In this document: one piece after another, positions 45,577-56,244 of the stretch
Layout of the letters: every line of letters starts with the position of its first letter
Numbering within the stretch: position 1 is the stretch's first letter
NCBI GenBank assembly: GCA_964252075.1
Contig: CAXULY010000012.1
Span: forward strand, 32,001-96,000
DNA from: an uncultured Deinococcaceae bacterium
GTDB lineage: Bacteria; Deinococcota; Deinococci; Deinococcales; Deinococcaceae
Direction of reading: 5' to 3'
DNA length: 64,000 nt
Translations under genes and position numbers: made by a program
Notes under the pieces: model-generated
What the model saw: the letters and a program-made list of their open reading frames with translations, nothing else
The model's database searches: none
What the model was told of the DNA's origin: nothing

Positions 45577-46715
45577 CTGGACGCTGCGCGCGCGGCGTCC
45601 AGCGCCCCGGCGAAGGCGTCCGGGTGCCCGAAGGCGAGGCGCGCCGCGGCGCGCCCGCAGCGTGCGCCCACCACGTTCCCGGTGCCGCTGTACGCGCCGA
45701 GCGCCCACACGCCGTCCCGCACCTCCCCCAGCACGGGCAGGCCGCTCTGCGTGTACCCCACGCGCGCCGCCCAGCGGTGCTCGACAGGCGCCCCGCTGAC
45801 ACCGATCTGCTCGCGCAGCACGCCGTCCAGATGCGCCTGCACCACCTCGCCGGGCTCGCCGGGCGCCTCCCACTCACCCTCGCCGCCCAGGTCGCGGCCC
45901 CCGCCGAGCGCCACGCGGCCGTCCGGCAGCTGCTGCCAGTAATCGTGCCCGAAGCGCGCGTACACCGGGCGGGTGAGGCGCACCTCGTCGGTGGGGGCGG
46001 TGGCGAGCATCTGCAGGCGCACGCTGCGCACGCGGTCCGCGAGTTCCGGCAGCAGGGCCTCCAGGTTCCCATCCACTGCGACAATCACGCGCCGCGCGTG
46101 AACCGCACCCTCGGGCGTGCGGACGAGACCGGGCGCGATGTCGAGGGCGGGCGTGTGCTCGTACAGCCGTGCGCCGCGCGCCGTGACGCGCTCCGCGAGC
46201 GCCCGCGCGCGCCGCAGCGGCTGGAACACGCCGTCCCCGTGCACCAGCAGGCCGCGCCCCTCGGGCCCCTCGTACGCCTCGGCGGGGAAGCCGTCCGCGC
46301 GCAGCGCCTCGCCGTGCAGGCGGCAGTCCTCGAGTTCCGCCGCGTCCAGCGCGAGGCGAATCGAGCCGGGCCGCCGGATGAGCTGCGGCGTCTCGGCGGT
46401 CATGCGGTCCAGCTGTTCCAGTGTGAGGGCGTACAGGCGCCGCGCGAGGTCCCGCCCCACGCGCCGCCCGAGGTCGTGGTGGAAGGCCGCGAGGCCGCCC
46501 ATCACGAAGCCGCCGTTGCGGCCCGCCGCGGCGCCCGCCACGCGGCCCGCGTCCACGCCCACCACGCTGAGCCCCAGGTCCAGCAGCGCCTGAACGGCGC
46601 TGAGGCCCGAGCCGCCCAGACCCACCACACAGGCGTCGGCCCGCACCTCCCCGCGCAGGGCGGGCAGGGCGGGCCAGGGGTGATCATCCCAGACGGGCGT
46701 GTTGGGGTGCGGCAC
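45573..46715 (-). CDS. FAD-dependent oxidoreductase (DAO/PuuB-like)
   Basis: GLGGSG, AAGRNGG, RW..YT..LP..G, YSGTG. Confidence 0.88.
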   Translation of the reverse strand: MPHPNTPVWDDHPWPALPALRGEVRADACVVGLGGSGLSAVQALLDLGLSVVGVDAGRVAGAAAGRNGGFVMGGLAAFHHDLGRRVGRDLARRLYALTLEQLDRMTAETPQLIRRPGSIRLALDAAELEDCRLHGEALRADGFPAEAYEGPEGRGLLVHGDGVFQPLRRARALAERVTARGARLYEHTPALDIAPGLVRTPEGAVHARRVIVAVDGNLEALLPELADRVRSVRLQMLATAPTDEVRLTRPVYARFGHDYWQQLPDGRVALGGGRDLGGEGEWEAPGEPGEVVQAHLDGVLREQIGVSGAPVEHRWAARVGYTQSGLPVLGEVRDGVWALGAYSGTGNVVGARCGRAAARLAFGHPDAFAGALDAARAASS

Positions 46716-46724
46716 GCCCTGATG

Positions 46725-47468
46725 TTACAGGCGCCCGGCCTCGATGATGCGGTGCAGGAAGGCCTGCGTGCGCTCCTCGCGGGGGTTCGTGAAGATCTGC
46801 TCGGGCGGGCCCTCCTCGAACACCTGCCCGCCGTGCAGGAAGCACACCTTGCTGGACACCTCGCGCGCGAAGCCCATCTCATGCGTGGCGAGCAGCATGG
46901 TCATGCCCTCGCGCGCGAGCTCACGCACGATGTTCAGCACCTCCGACACGAGTTCCGGGTCGAGGGCGCTGGTGATCTCGTCGAGGAGCAGCAGCTTCGG
47001 GTGCATGGCGAGCGCGCGCACGATCGCGACGCGCTGCTGCTGCCCGCCCGACAGGGAGTCCGGGTACACGCGCGCTTTGGCTTCCAGCCCGATGCGGCGC
47101 AGCAGCTCCACGGCCTCGGCGTGCGCCTGCTCGCGCGGGAGTTTCAGCACCTGGCGCGGGCCGAGCGTCACATTGTCCAGCACCGTCATGTGCGGGAAGA
47201 GGTTGTAACTCTGGAAGACGATGCCCACCTCGCGGCGCAGGGCGTTCACGTCCACGCCGGGGCCCGTCACGCGGTCCCCCTCGATGCGGATCTCGCCGCC
47301 CGAGATGCCCTCCAGGCCGTTGATGCAGCGCAGCAGGGTGCTCTTCCCGCAGCCGGACGGCCCGATCAGCGTCACCACCTGGTGCTCCTCCACACTCAGG
47401 TTGATGCCGTTCAGGACGGTGGTGGGGCCGTAGTGCTTGGTGACGTCGCGGATCTCGAGGAAGCTCAC
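46725..47468 (-). CDS. Polar amino acid ABC transporter ATP-binding protein
   Basis: GPSGCGKST, LSGGQQQR, LLDE.TSALD, THEM. Confidence 0.95.
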   Translation of the reverse strand: MSFLEIRDVTKHYGPTTVLNGINLSVEEHQVVTLIGPSGCGKSTLLRCINGLEGISGGEIRIEGDRVTGPGVDVNALRREVGIVFQSYNLFPHMTVLDNVTLGPRQVLKLPREQAHAEAVELLRRIGLEAKARVYPDSLSGGQQQRVAIVRALAMHPKLLLLDEITSALDPELVSEVLNIVRELAREGMTMLLATHEMGFAREVSSKVCFLHGGQVFEEGPPEQIFTNPREERTQAFLHRIIEAGRL

Positions 47469-48619
47469 GAGATCTCCCCGCCGCCGCTGCGAAGGCGGGC
47501 CTGGTCGCGCTCCAGCAGGCGGTCCACGAAGCGCGCCTGCGGGATCGTGATGATCACGAACAGAATCGCGACGGTCGTGACGGCCGACAGGTTGAAGCGG
47601 TTGCTGGCGATGATCTTCGCCTGGTTGAAGGCGTCGATGCTGCCGATGACGTTCACGAGCGCGGTGTCCTTCTGCAGCCCGATGAAGTCGTTCAGCAGCG
47701 GCGGGATGATGCGCCGCACGGCCTGCGGCACCACCACGAAACGCAGCGTCTGCCCGAAACTCAGGCCGAGGCTGCGCGCGGCGGACACCTGCGAGGGGTG
47801 GATGCTCTCGATGCCCGCGCGGTACACCTCCGCGACGTACGCGCCGTACGTGAGGGTGAGCGCGATGATCGCCCAGAGGCTGGAGAGGTCCTCCACGCCG
47901 AGTTTGGCCTGCAGCCACGCCTGCAGGCCGTCCGTGAGGCCGGTGAGGGGCAGACCGAAGCCCACGAGGTAGATGGTGATGATGGCGGGCAGGCCGCGGA
48001 AGATGTCGGTGTACAGGGTGGCGAGGAGCCGGATGGGGCGCCCCGCGCGGCCCGGCACGAGCCGCGCGACGGCCACCACGAGGCCCCAGACCAGGACCAG
48101 CACCTCCGCGATCAGGAAGATGTAGACGTTCACCCAGAAGGCCCGCAGGACCTCCAGGAAGCTCGACCCGATGAGGGACAGGTCGAAGAAGGTCTTCCCG
48201 ACCGACACGTCGTTCGCCACCAGGAAGAACACGATGACCGCGATGACCAGCACGGCGCCCGCCCAGCCGATCGCCACCCACGAGGACGTGCGGCTCTCGA
48301 AGGCGTGCACGCGCGCCGTCACGTAATCATTCGCGCGCAGCGCGGCGGCGGTGCGGCCGGACTCCCGCAGGCCGCGCAGGGCGGGCGTGAACAGCCCGAG
48401 GGTGGCGAGCGCCGCCAGGACCAGCGCGGCGTCCTGCCAGCCCGCGTGCGCTTTCTCCGCGATGAGCGCGGCGCGCACGCCCGTCAGCACCCAGGCGCTG
48501 AAGAGCACGACGAGCGCCGCCACCACGATGGCGGCGGCGGCCAGGACGGCGGTGCGGGGCGGCGGGGTGGGCGTGCGCGCGCCCTCCCCCACCCCGCTCT
48601 GAATCAGGGGACCGGACAT
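47465..48619 (-). CDS. Polar amino acid ABC transporter permease with N-terminal TM extension
   Basis: FRGLP, AYVAEVYRAGI, AARSLG, VVPQA, KDTAL. Confidence 0.93.
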   Translation of the reverse strand: MSGPLIQSGVGEGARTPTPPPRTAVLAAAAIVVAALVVLFSAWVLTGVRAALIAEKAHAGWQDAALVLAALATLGLFTPALRGLRESGRTAAALRANDYVTARVHAFESRTSSWVAIGWAGAVLVIAVIVFFLVANDVSVGKTFFDLSLIGSSFLEVLRAFWVNVYIFLIAEVLVLVWGLVVAVARLVPGRAGRPIRLLATLYTDIFRGLPAIITIYLVGFGLPLTGLTDGLQAWLQAKLGVEDLSSLWAIIALTLTYGAYVAEVYRAGIESIHPSQVSAARSLGLSFGQTLRFVVVPQAVRRIIPPLLNDFIGLQKDTALVNVIGSIDAFNQAKIIASNRFNLSAVTTVAILFVIITIPQARFVDRLLERDQARLRSGGGEIS

Positions 48620-48625
48620 CCGCCC

Positions 48626-49462
48626 TTACTTGAAGTACGGCACGCTGGACGGGTCGCCGCCGAAGGCCTTCGCGAGGTACGCCTGCGAGAGCTTCTTGAG
48701 GCTGCCGTCCTGCTCCATGGTCTTGATGATCTTGCTGATGGCCGCCTCGTTCGGGCTGCCCTTGGGGTAGATGGCGCCGTACTGCTCGCCCGTCTTGTAC
48801 TGCCCGATCACCTCGAACTGCCCGCCGCTGGCGCTCGCCTGCGCCAGCACGATGGCGGTGTCGAGCATCGCGACGTCAATCTGCCCGGCGCGCAGGGCCG
48901 TGAAGAGGCTCGGGGTGTCCGGGAAGACCTTCACGGGCTTGCTGGGCTTCAGGACGTTCTTGAGGTAGTCCTGCGCGGTGGTGGCCTGCTGCACGCCGAT
49001 GCGCAGGCCCTTGATGTTCGCGGCGGTGACGTTCGCGCCCTTCTTCACCAGCACGCCCTGGTCGCTGGAGAAGTACGGCGCGCTGAAATCCACGACCTTC
49101 GCGCGGTCCGGGGTGATGGTGATCTGCGAGAAGGCCATGTCGAAGTTCTTGTTGGTCTTGCCCGCCACGAGCGCGTCGAAGGCGACGTTCTGCACGCGCA
49201 GCTTGTCAAGGCCCGCGCGGTACGCGATGTTCGCGGCGAGGCAGTACTCGAAGCCGCTCTTGATGCTGGCGGGCGTGTCGCCGTTGAACCAGCCGGGCGC
49301 GGGCAGGTTCGTCTGGATGGACAGCTGCCCCGCCACGGCGGGCTTGATGGGCGAGCTGCCCTTCTTGCCGGTCAGGATGCAGTCCCCGTAGGTCTGGGCG
49401 CCGGCGGTGGCGGCGAGGACAGTGGCGGTGAGGGCCAGCGCGGTCAGCTTGAGTCGAGTCAT
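48626..49462 (-). CDS. Polar amino acid ABC transporter substrate-binding protein
   Basis: Signal peptide, GFE, FDAL, ITITPDR..VDFS.PY, GVQQATT. Confidence 0.92.
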   Translation of the reverse strand: MTRLKLTALALTATVLAATAGAQTYGDCILTGKKGSSPIKPAVAGQLSIQTNLPAPGWFNGDTPASIKSGFEYCLAANIAYRAGLDKLRVQNVAFDALVAGKTNKNFDMAFSQITITPDRAKVVDFSAPYFSSDQGVLVKKGANVTAANIKGLRIGVQQATTAQDYLKNVLKPSKPVKVFPDTPSLFTALRAGQIDVAMLDTAIVLAQASASGGQFEVIGQYKTGEQYGAIYPKGSPNEAAISKIIKTMEQDGSLKKLSQAYLAKAFGGDPSSVPYFK

Positions 49463-49528
49463 GAATTCCCCCTGGTCGAGACTTTGACAGAGTATAGGGG
49501 ACTGCATGAAGGCTTCGCGAAGGGCGGG

Positions 49529-50623
49529 TCAATCGCCGGACAGCGCCCGCGCGAGCAGGCGGTGGAAGTGGTGCACGCCCTGCTCGCGGCGCGGCGAGAA
49601 GCGCCCGCGGTCGTAGAAGCGGCTGCGCACGCCGCGCTGCACGGCCTCCACGATCACCTCGTCCTCGCGCTCCACCCGGTCGAGACCCGCACCCGCGCCC
49701 TGGTCGAGCTTGCTGGCGTCCCACACGTACGGAATGAACGACACCCGCGTGAGGTCCGGCCCGAGGGGCCGCACGACGTTCACGGACACGCCCCATGGGT
49801 AGAAGTTGAACATCGTGTTCGGGAAGACCCAGTAGTAGTACGCCGCGATGCGCTGCCCGAAGTCCGGGCTGCCGCGCGGCAGGTCGAAGACCTGTTCGGC
49901 GCCGCTGGCGGGCGCGAGTTGCAGGTTGCACCAGTCGTACAGCTCGCTGGTGTAGTTCTCGTAGTCGAGCGCGGCGTTCAGGCCCGCGTGGATGAAGGGG
50001 ATGTGGAAGCCCTCCAGGTAATTGTCGCAGTACAGCGCCCAGTTGGCGCGCACGAGGTAATCGCGGGCGCGGGTGGGGTCCAGGCGCGCGCTCGTGAGGG
50101 GCAGCCAGCCCACGCGCTCGGTGATGGGGCGCAGCAGTTCCTTCAGGCTCACCTGCGGCTGCAGGCTGGTCATGAGGAAGGTGTCGCCGTACACGCCGAA
50201 GGGCACGCGCGGCAGGCTGTCCTGGGGGCGGGGGAAGTCGCGCGCGCCGTCGAATTCCGGCATGGCCTGGAAGCGCCCGTCGAGCGCGAAGCGCCGCCCG
50301 TGGTAGCGGCAGCGCAGGAAGCGCTCCACGCCGCCCGCCTCGCACACCAGCATGCCGCGGTGCGTGCAGACGTTCGACAGCACGTGCAGGTCGTCCGCGA
50401 AGTCGCGCGTGGCGAGCAGCGGTTCGTCCAGGCAGCCTTCCAGCAGGGTGAAGGGCCATGTGGTGCCGGGCGCGCGCAGGCCGCTGAGGTCCCCCACGAA
50501 CTGCCAGCTGCGCGCGAACACCTGTTCGAGGCAGCGCTCGAACCACTCGGGGCTCTTGTAGAAGGCGCTCGGCAGGGTCGCGGCGTCCTCAATGGCGGGC
50601 TCGACGTGCAGGGGCTGACTCAT
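49529..50623 (-). CDS. Rieske non-heme iron oxygenase alpha subunit (choline monooxygenase/CntA-like)
   Basis: NVCTHRG..CRYHG Rieske site; [28 protein letters not shown]. Confidence 0.92.
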   Translation of the reverse strand: MSQPLHVEPAIEDAATLPSAFYKSPEWFERCLEQVFARSWQFVGDLSGLRAPGTTWPFTLLEGCLDEPLLATRDFADDLHVLSNVCTHRGMLVCEAGGVERFLRCRYHGRRFALDGRFQAMPEFDGARDFPRPQDSLPRVPFGVYGDTFLMTSLQPQVSLKELLRPITERVGWLPLTSARLDPTRARDYLVRANWALYCDNYLEGFHIPFIHAGLNAALDYENYTSELYDWCNLQLAPASGAEQVFDLPRGSPDFGQRIAAYYYWVFPNTMFNFYPWGVSVNVVRPLGPDLTRVSFIPYVWDASKLDQGAGAGLDRVEREDEVIVEAVQRGVRSRFYDRGRFSPRREQGVHHFHRLLARALSGD

Positions 50624-50800
50624 GCGCGCACCTCCTTCGCGGCGAAACGCCGTTCCGCTTGGGGCGCGGGCCGCCGCGTCCACGCCCCCCTGGGTGCCGT
50701 TCGTCGTGGGTTCTCGCGTCCGCTCGGGCCACGGCGCTGAGGGAACGGCCCCTTCAGCGCCCGGACCGCCATCCGTTCAGGTGGGTTCACAGATGCTGCC
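50624..50800 (-). promoter_or_regulatory. Structured 5' leader (candidate cis-regulatory RNA)
   Basis: TATGCT -10 at 50801-50806; two hairpins; repeated GAACCCAC..GAACGG. Confidence 0.45.
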
Positions 50801-50822
50801 AGCATACGGTGCGGGGCGCGCG

Positions 50823-51614
50823 TCAGCGGCGGGCCTGCAGGGCGCCGCCCTCCAGCCGCTCGAAGAACGCGGCGACCTCCGTCACCACGCTGGGCGCGAA
50901 GTGCGACCCGCCCAGGTGCGGCCCGGAGTACGTGAGGAGGCGGCTCACGCTGGGCTGCGCATACGGGAAGATCGCCTCGCCGTTCGCCGCGAAGGGCACG
51001 GTCTGGTCCTGTGGGCTGCCCGCCACGAACAGCGGCAGGGGCCGCGCGCGGATGAGCTCGATGGGGTCCAGGCCGGGCGGCACGGGCGTGAGCGCGCCCT
51101 CGAAGCCGTACGCCTCGGCGACTTCCGCCTGCCGGGTGGCGTCGCTGGCGTCGTGCAGGGCCGTGGCGACGCTCACGTGCGCGTCCAGCAGCGCCACGCC
51201 GCGCACCGTGGTGTTCCCGATGAGGGCGCTGCGCAGGGCCGCGAGGCCCCCCATGCTGATCCCGAAGGCGTAGGTGTGGCCGTTCGAGCGGAACCGCAGG
51301 TCCGCCGAGCGGCGCACGTCGGTCAGGTACGCCTGCGCGGCGGGGCCGCCCCACGTGCGGGGACCGGCGTCGTTGCTGAACAGCACCGCGAAGCCGCGCG
51401 CCGTGAAGGCGTTCAGGAACTGCCCCACGAAGGGGCTGCGGGCGAACTCGGCGGCGGTGCGTCCGCGCGTGTGCGAGATCACGATGAGGGGGCAGGGGCG
51501 TTCCAGGCACGCGCGCGGCGTGAACAGGTACGCGGCGCCCTGCGGGTGGGCGATGACCTGCTGCACCACGGGCGCCGGGGCGCTCTGCTGGGGGGGGAGG
51601 GCGGGGACGGCCAT
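50823..51614 (-). CDS. Alpha/beta hydrolase fold protein
   Basis: GISMGG nucleophile elbow, S..D.TVP, C-terminal His; start uncertain. Confidence 0.75.
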   Translation of the reverse strand: MAVPALPPQQSAPAPVVQQVIAHPQGAAYLFTPRACLERPCPLIVISHTRGRTAAEFARSPFVGQFLNAFTARGFAVLFSNDAGPRTWGGPAAQAYLTDVRRSADLRFRSNGHTYAFGISMGGLAALRSALIGNTTVRGVALLDAHVSVATALHDASDATRQAEVAEAYGFEGALTPVPPGLDPIELIRARPLPLFVAGSPQDQTVPFAANGEAIFPYAQPSVSRLLTYSGPHLGGSHFAPSVVTEVAAFFERLEGGALQARR

Positions 51615-51693
51615 CCGGTCAGTCTGCCAGGGGTGAGCCTGAAGAACCTGAAGAAATGCCGCGCGCCTGTCTATGGGGCGCCCCGCGTGGCGC

Positions 51694-52797
51694 TCAGGAC
51701 CGCCCGAACAGCACGTCACTCGCGCGGGTGCCCTGAATGGCGCGCGCCAGCAGCCACGGCACCAGCACCGCCGCGAGGGTGTACAGCGCGAACACCGCCA
51801 GGAACGCCCAGGTCTGACCGGGGAAGCCGCGGTCGTCGAAGAGCTGCAGCAGCGCCGGGTGAATCAGGTACACCTGCAGGCTCAGCGTCCCGAGCGCCGC
51901 GAAGGGCGCGGCCACGCGCGGCAGGCGGCGCGCGAAGCCCAGCGCGAGGCCCAGCAGCGTGACGCTCGCGAGGACCGTGTACGCCCAGTTGCTGAGGCTG
52001 TACTGCCACGCGATGACGGTGCCGCCGTCGATGTACGTGACGGCCTGCGGGATGTACAGCGCCGTGGCGAGCGCCAGGGCGCCCACCACCCAGCCCCAGT
52101 GGCGACTCCACCACGCGGGGAAGTCGTCCAGCCGCGCGCCGATCGCGACGCCCGCGATGATGGGCGCTATGTACCACACGACGGTGCTGGCGGGGAAGCG
52201 GAAGTGGAAGTACCGGGCATTCAGGAGGTACACCACCACCTGCACCGCGAAGCCCAGCAGCAGCGCCCACCCCACGGTGGGGCGGCGGCGCGCGAGGGGC
52301 AGCAGCAGCGGCAGGATCACGTACAGTTCCAGCGCGACCAGCATGAAGTACAGGTGGAAGCTGGCCTTGCCGTACTCCAGGTAGAACAGCCAGCGCGCGG
52401 GGTCGCTGAGTTCCGCTTGCGGGCGGTCGCCGCGCCACACGTACCACAGCACGTACAGCGCCGTCCACAGCACGTAGGGCCACATGCCGCGCAGCACGCG
52501 GCGCTGGAAGTACCGACCCAGGTCCGGGCGGCGCAGCAGGGACGCCGTGAGGAGCGCGGCGCTCAGCATCAGGAAGGCGGGCACCACGAAGTGCAGCGTG
52601 CGGTTGAAGAACTCCAGCAGCAGCGCGGTGGTGGAGCCCGCCTGCGCCCGGTCGAGCGCGAGGCCGCTCGCGTGGTGCAGCACGACCGCCAGGATGGTGA
52701 GGCCGCGAAAGGCGTCCAGCCCGGTGGTCAGGGCGTTCGCGGGCGCCGTCCGTTCGGCGGGGCGTGGCTGCGGAACGGGGGCGGGAACGTCGGTCAC
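51694..52797 (-). CDS. Acyltransferase-3 family membrane O-acyltransferase
   Basis: LDAFRG..VVLHH, VPAF..LS, RR..R...PY, HLYF, S..VYLIH. Confidence 0.9.
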   Translation of the reverse strand: MTDVPAPVPQPRPAERTAPANALTTGLDAFRGLTILAVVLHHASGLALDRAQAGSTTALLLEFFNRTLHFVVPAFLMLSAALLTASLLRRPDLGRYFQRRVLRGMWPYVLWTALYVLWYVWRGDRPQAELSDPARWLFYLEYGKASFHLYFMLVALELYVILPLLLPLARRRPTVGWALLLGFAVQVVVYLLNARYFHFRFPASTVVWYIAPIIAGVAIGARLDDFPAWWSRHWGWVVGALALATALYIPQAVTYIDGGTVIAWQYSLSNWAYTVLASVTLLGLALGFARRLPRVAAPFAALGTLSLQVYLIHPALLQLFDDRGFPGQTWAFLAVFALYTLAAVLVPWLLARAIQGTRASDVLFGRS

Positions 52798-52971
52798 GCC
52801 CTCAATGATCCGGCTGCGGATGTGCGGAGCGGTGCGACGGCGCTAAAGAAAGGCTGAATGCCGCTCCGCGCCCGCCCAGCATGAACGCCGCGTGAAACGG
52901 ACGATGTGGCGGCGGGCGCGGCGCGTGGCATAGCGTGAGGCGCTGGCGCGCGCGCCCGGAAAGGATTCTGT

Positions 52972-54444
52972 GTGACACAGCAGAGCCTGCCCTCTCAGGA
53001 CCACAGTTTCTTCGGTCACCCCCGCGGCCTCGCCACCCTGTTCAGCACGGAACTCTGGGAGCGCTTCTCGTTTTACGGCATGCGCGCCCTCCTGACGCTG
53101 TTCCTCGCGACGAGCGTGCAGAACGGTGGGCTGGGCCTCGGGGAGGGGCTGGCGTCCTCCATCTACGCGGTGTACGGCGCGGCGGTGTACCTTGTGGCGC
53201 TGCCCGGCGGCTGGCTCGCGGACCGCGTGCTGGGCCCCCGGCGCAGCGTCATGATCGGCGCGTTCGTGATCATGCTGGGACACGTCAGCATGGCACTGCC
53301 GCTCACCCCGACCATCTGGCTGGGCCTGCTGCTGATCATCGCGGGCACCGCGCTCCTGAAGCCGAACATCAGCGCCATCGTGGGCGTGCTGTACGGCGAG
53401 CAAGACGCGCGGCGCGACGCGGGCTTCTCGATCTTCTACATGGGCATCAACCTGGGGGCGTTTATCTCGCCCCTCATCTGCGGGTACCTGGGGCAGCAGG
53501 TGAGCTGGCACCTGGGGTTCGGCGCGGCGGCCGTCGGCATGTTCGCCGGGCTGATGGGGTACCTGTACGGGCAGCGGCACCTGGGGGACGTGGGGTTGCG
53601 GCCCGCACAACCCCTCACGCCCAGCGAGGCGCGGCACATCACGCGACGCGCGCTGCTGGCGGTCGTGGTGGTGGCGGCGCTGGCGCTCGTCGCGTGGGCG
53701 CTCGGGCGGCTGAACCTGGGCCTCGTCGTGAACGCCATGACGGTCCTGGCGTTCCTCGTGACGGTCGTGTACTTCTGGCGGGTGCTGACCGCGCCCGACC
53801 TGCGCCCCGAGGACAGGGACCGCATGCGGTCCTTCATCTGGCTGTTCGTGGCGGCCGCGCTGTTCTGGCTGATCTACGACCAGGGCGGCAGCGTTCTCAC
53901 CCTGTTCGCGCAGCAGAACACCGAGCGCAGCGCCTTCGGCTTCGCCATTCCCGCCAGCTGGCTGAACAGCCTGAACCCCATCATGATCATCGCGCTCGCG
54001 CCGGTCTTCGCGGTGCTGTGGGCGCGCCTCGGGAAGCGCAACCCGCCCACGCCCGTGAAGTTCGCGTTCGGCCTAGCGGGCGTCGGCCTGAGTTTCGTGG
54101 TGGTGAGCGTCGCGGCGGCGGGCGTCGCGGACGGCGGCAAGGCCAGTGTGTGGTGGCTGGTGCTGGTGTACCTGATTCAGACGGTCGCGGAACTCACCCT
54201 GAGCCCCATCGGCCTGAGTGTCTCCACGAAGCTCGCGCCGCCAAACCTCACGGGGCAGGTGCTGGGCCTGTGGTTCCTGGCGACCGCCGTGGGCGACGCG
54301 ACGGGCGCGCAGGTGGTGAAGCTCATCGAGCGGCTGCCGCAGAGCACGTACTTCCTGTCGCTGGGCGTGACGGCCATCGTGGTGGCGGCGGTGCTGCTGG
54401 CGGGCGCGCGTCGCGTGCGACGCCTCATGCACGGCGTGAACTGA
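52972..54444 (+). CDS. Proton-dependent oligopeptide (POT/PTR) transporter
   Basis: GHPRGL, ELWERFSFYG, LKPN, FYMGINLG, EL.LSPIG. Confidence 0.95.
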   Translation: MTQQSLPSQDHSFFGHPRGLATLFSTELWERFSFYGMRALLTLFLATSVQNGGLGLGEGLASSIYAVYGAAVYLVALPGGWLADRVLGPRRSVMIGAFVIMLGHVSMALPLTPTIWLGLLLIIAGTALLKPNISAIVGVLYGEQDARRDAGFSIFYMGINLGAFISPLICGYLGQQVSWHLGFGAAAVGMFAGLMGYLYGQRHLGDVGLRPAQPLTPSEARHITRRALLAVVVVAALALVAWALGRLNLGLVVNAMTVLAFLVTVVYFWRVLTAPDLRPEDRDRMRSFIWLFVAAALFWLIYDQGGSVLTLFAQQNTERSAFGFAIPASWLNSLNPIMIIALAPVFAVLWARLGKRNPPTPVKFAFGLAGVGLSFVVVSVAAAGVADGGKASVWWLVLVYLIQTVAELTLSPIGLSVSTKLAPPNLTGQVLGLWFLATAVGDATGAQVVKLIERLPQSTYFLSLGVTAIVVAAVLLAGARRVRRLMHGVN

Positions 54445-54529
54445 AGGTACTCTGGCGGTGACAGTTCCCCACGTTGCCCAGCCGTGATTTTCCTCGCCGG
54501 TGTTCCCATAAGGGGGTACAATTCCGGGC

Positions 54530-55728
54530 ATGGCGTCCCCCCTCCTCGGCGTGTACCGCGCCTACCCACGGTCCTTCTGGGTGCTGTGGATGGGCACGCT
54601 CATCAACCGCCTCGGGGAGTTTGTGGTGCCGCTGCTCGGCTTCTACCTCGCCGCCGCGCAGGGCATGACCACCGTGCAGATCAGCGTGGTGCTGAGCGTC
54701 CTGGGCCTCGGGCGTTTCGTGGCGGAGGGCTTCGGCGGCGCGCTCAGCGACCGCCTCGGCACCACCCTCACCATGATCGTGTCCCTGGCGGGCGGCGCGG
54801 CCCTGCTGCTCGCGCTCGCCGCGGCGTCCGGCTTCGGGTGGGTGCTCGCGGCGGCCCTCGCGTACGCCCTCCTCACCGCCCTGTACAAACCCGCCGTGAG
54901 CAGCGCCGTCGCGGGCCTCACCACCGGCGCGCAGCGCACGCGCGCCTACAACCTCCTGTACTGGGCCATCAACGTCGGCGCGTCCGTCGCGCCCGCGCTG
55001 GGCGGCTGGCTGGCCGGCCGGTCCTTCCGACTGCTGTTCGTCCTGGACGCCGCCACCATGGCCGCCTACGCCCTGCTGCTCGCGCTCTTCAACCGCCGCG
55101 ACGGCCGCCCCGCCCCCAGGCGCGCAGCGGGCCGCTCCCTGCTGCCGCGCGACGCGCTGCTGTGGGCCTTCTGCCTCGCGTCCCTGCTGTTCGGCCTCAC
55201 GTACCAGAGTTACCGCATGCTGGCCCTGGTGTTCGCGCAGCAGGGCTTCACCGCCGTACAGTACGGCGAGGTGCTGTCCATCAACGGCCTGCTGGTCGTC
55301 ACGCTCGGCCTGCCACTCGGTCAGGCCATATCACGCAGCAACCACCCGCGCTGGCAGGCGGCGGGCGCCGCGCTGCTGGGCGCCGGCTTCCTGCTGCACG
55401 CCTTCGCGCACACCTTCTGGGCGCACGTCCTCGCGGTGGGGGTCTGGTCCATCGGGGAGATCGTGGCGTACAGCATCAGCAAGAGCATCATCTCGGAACT
55501 GGGGCGCGCGGACCTGCGCGGCACGTACATCGGACTGGTGGGCAGCATGTCGGGCCTCGCCACGCTCCTCGCGCCCCTGCTGGGCGGCGCGCTCCTCGCG
55601 CGCTTCGGCGCGGCACCCATGTGGAGCGTCGTGGCGGCCCTGGCCTTCACCGCCGCGCTGCTGTTCTGGCGGCTGGAGGTGCCCGTCACGGCGCGACGCG
55701 CGCGCAACGCGGACCTGCAGGCCGCCGA

Positions 55729-55732
<4 letters not shown>
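54530..55732 (+). CDS. MFS transporter
   Basis: About 12 [11 protein letters not shown] motif A. Confidence 0.88.
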
Positions 55733-56240
<508 letters not shown>

Positions 56241-56244
<4 letters not shown>

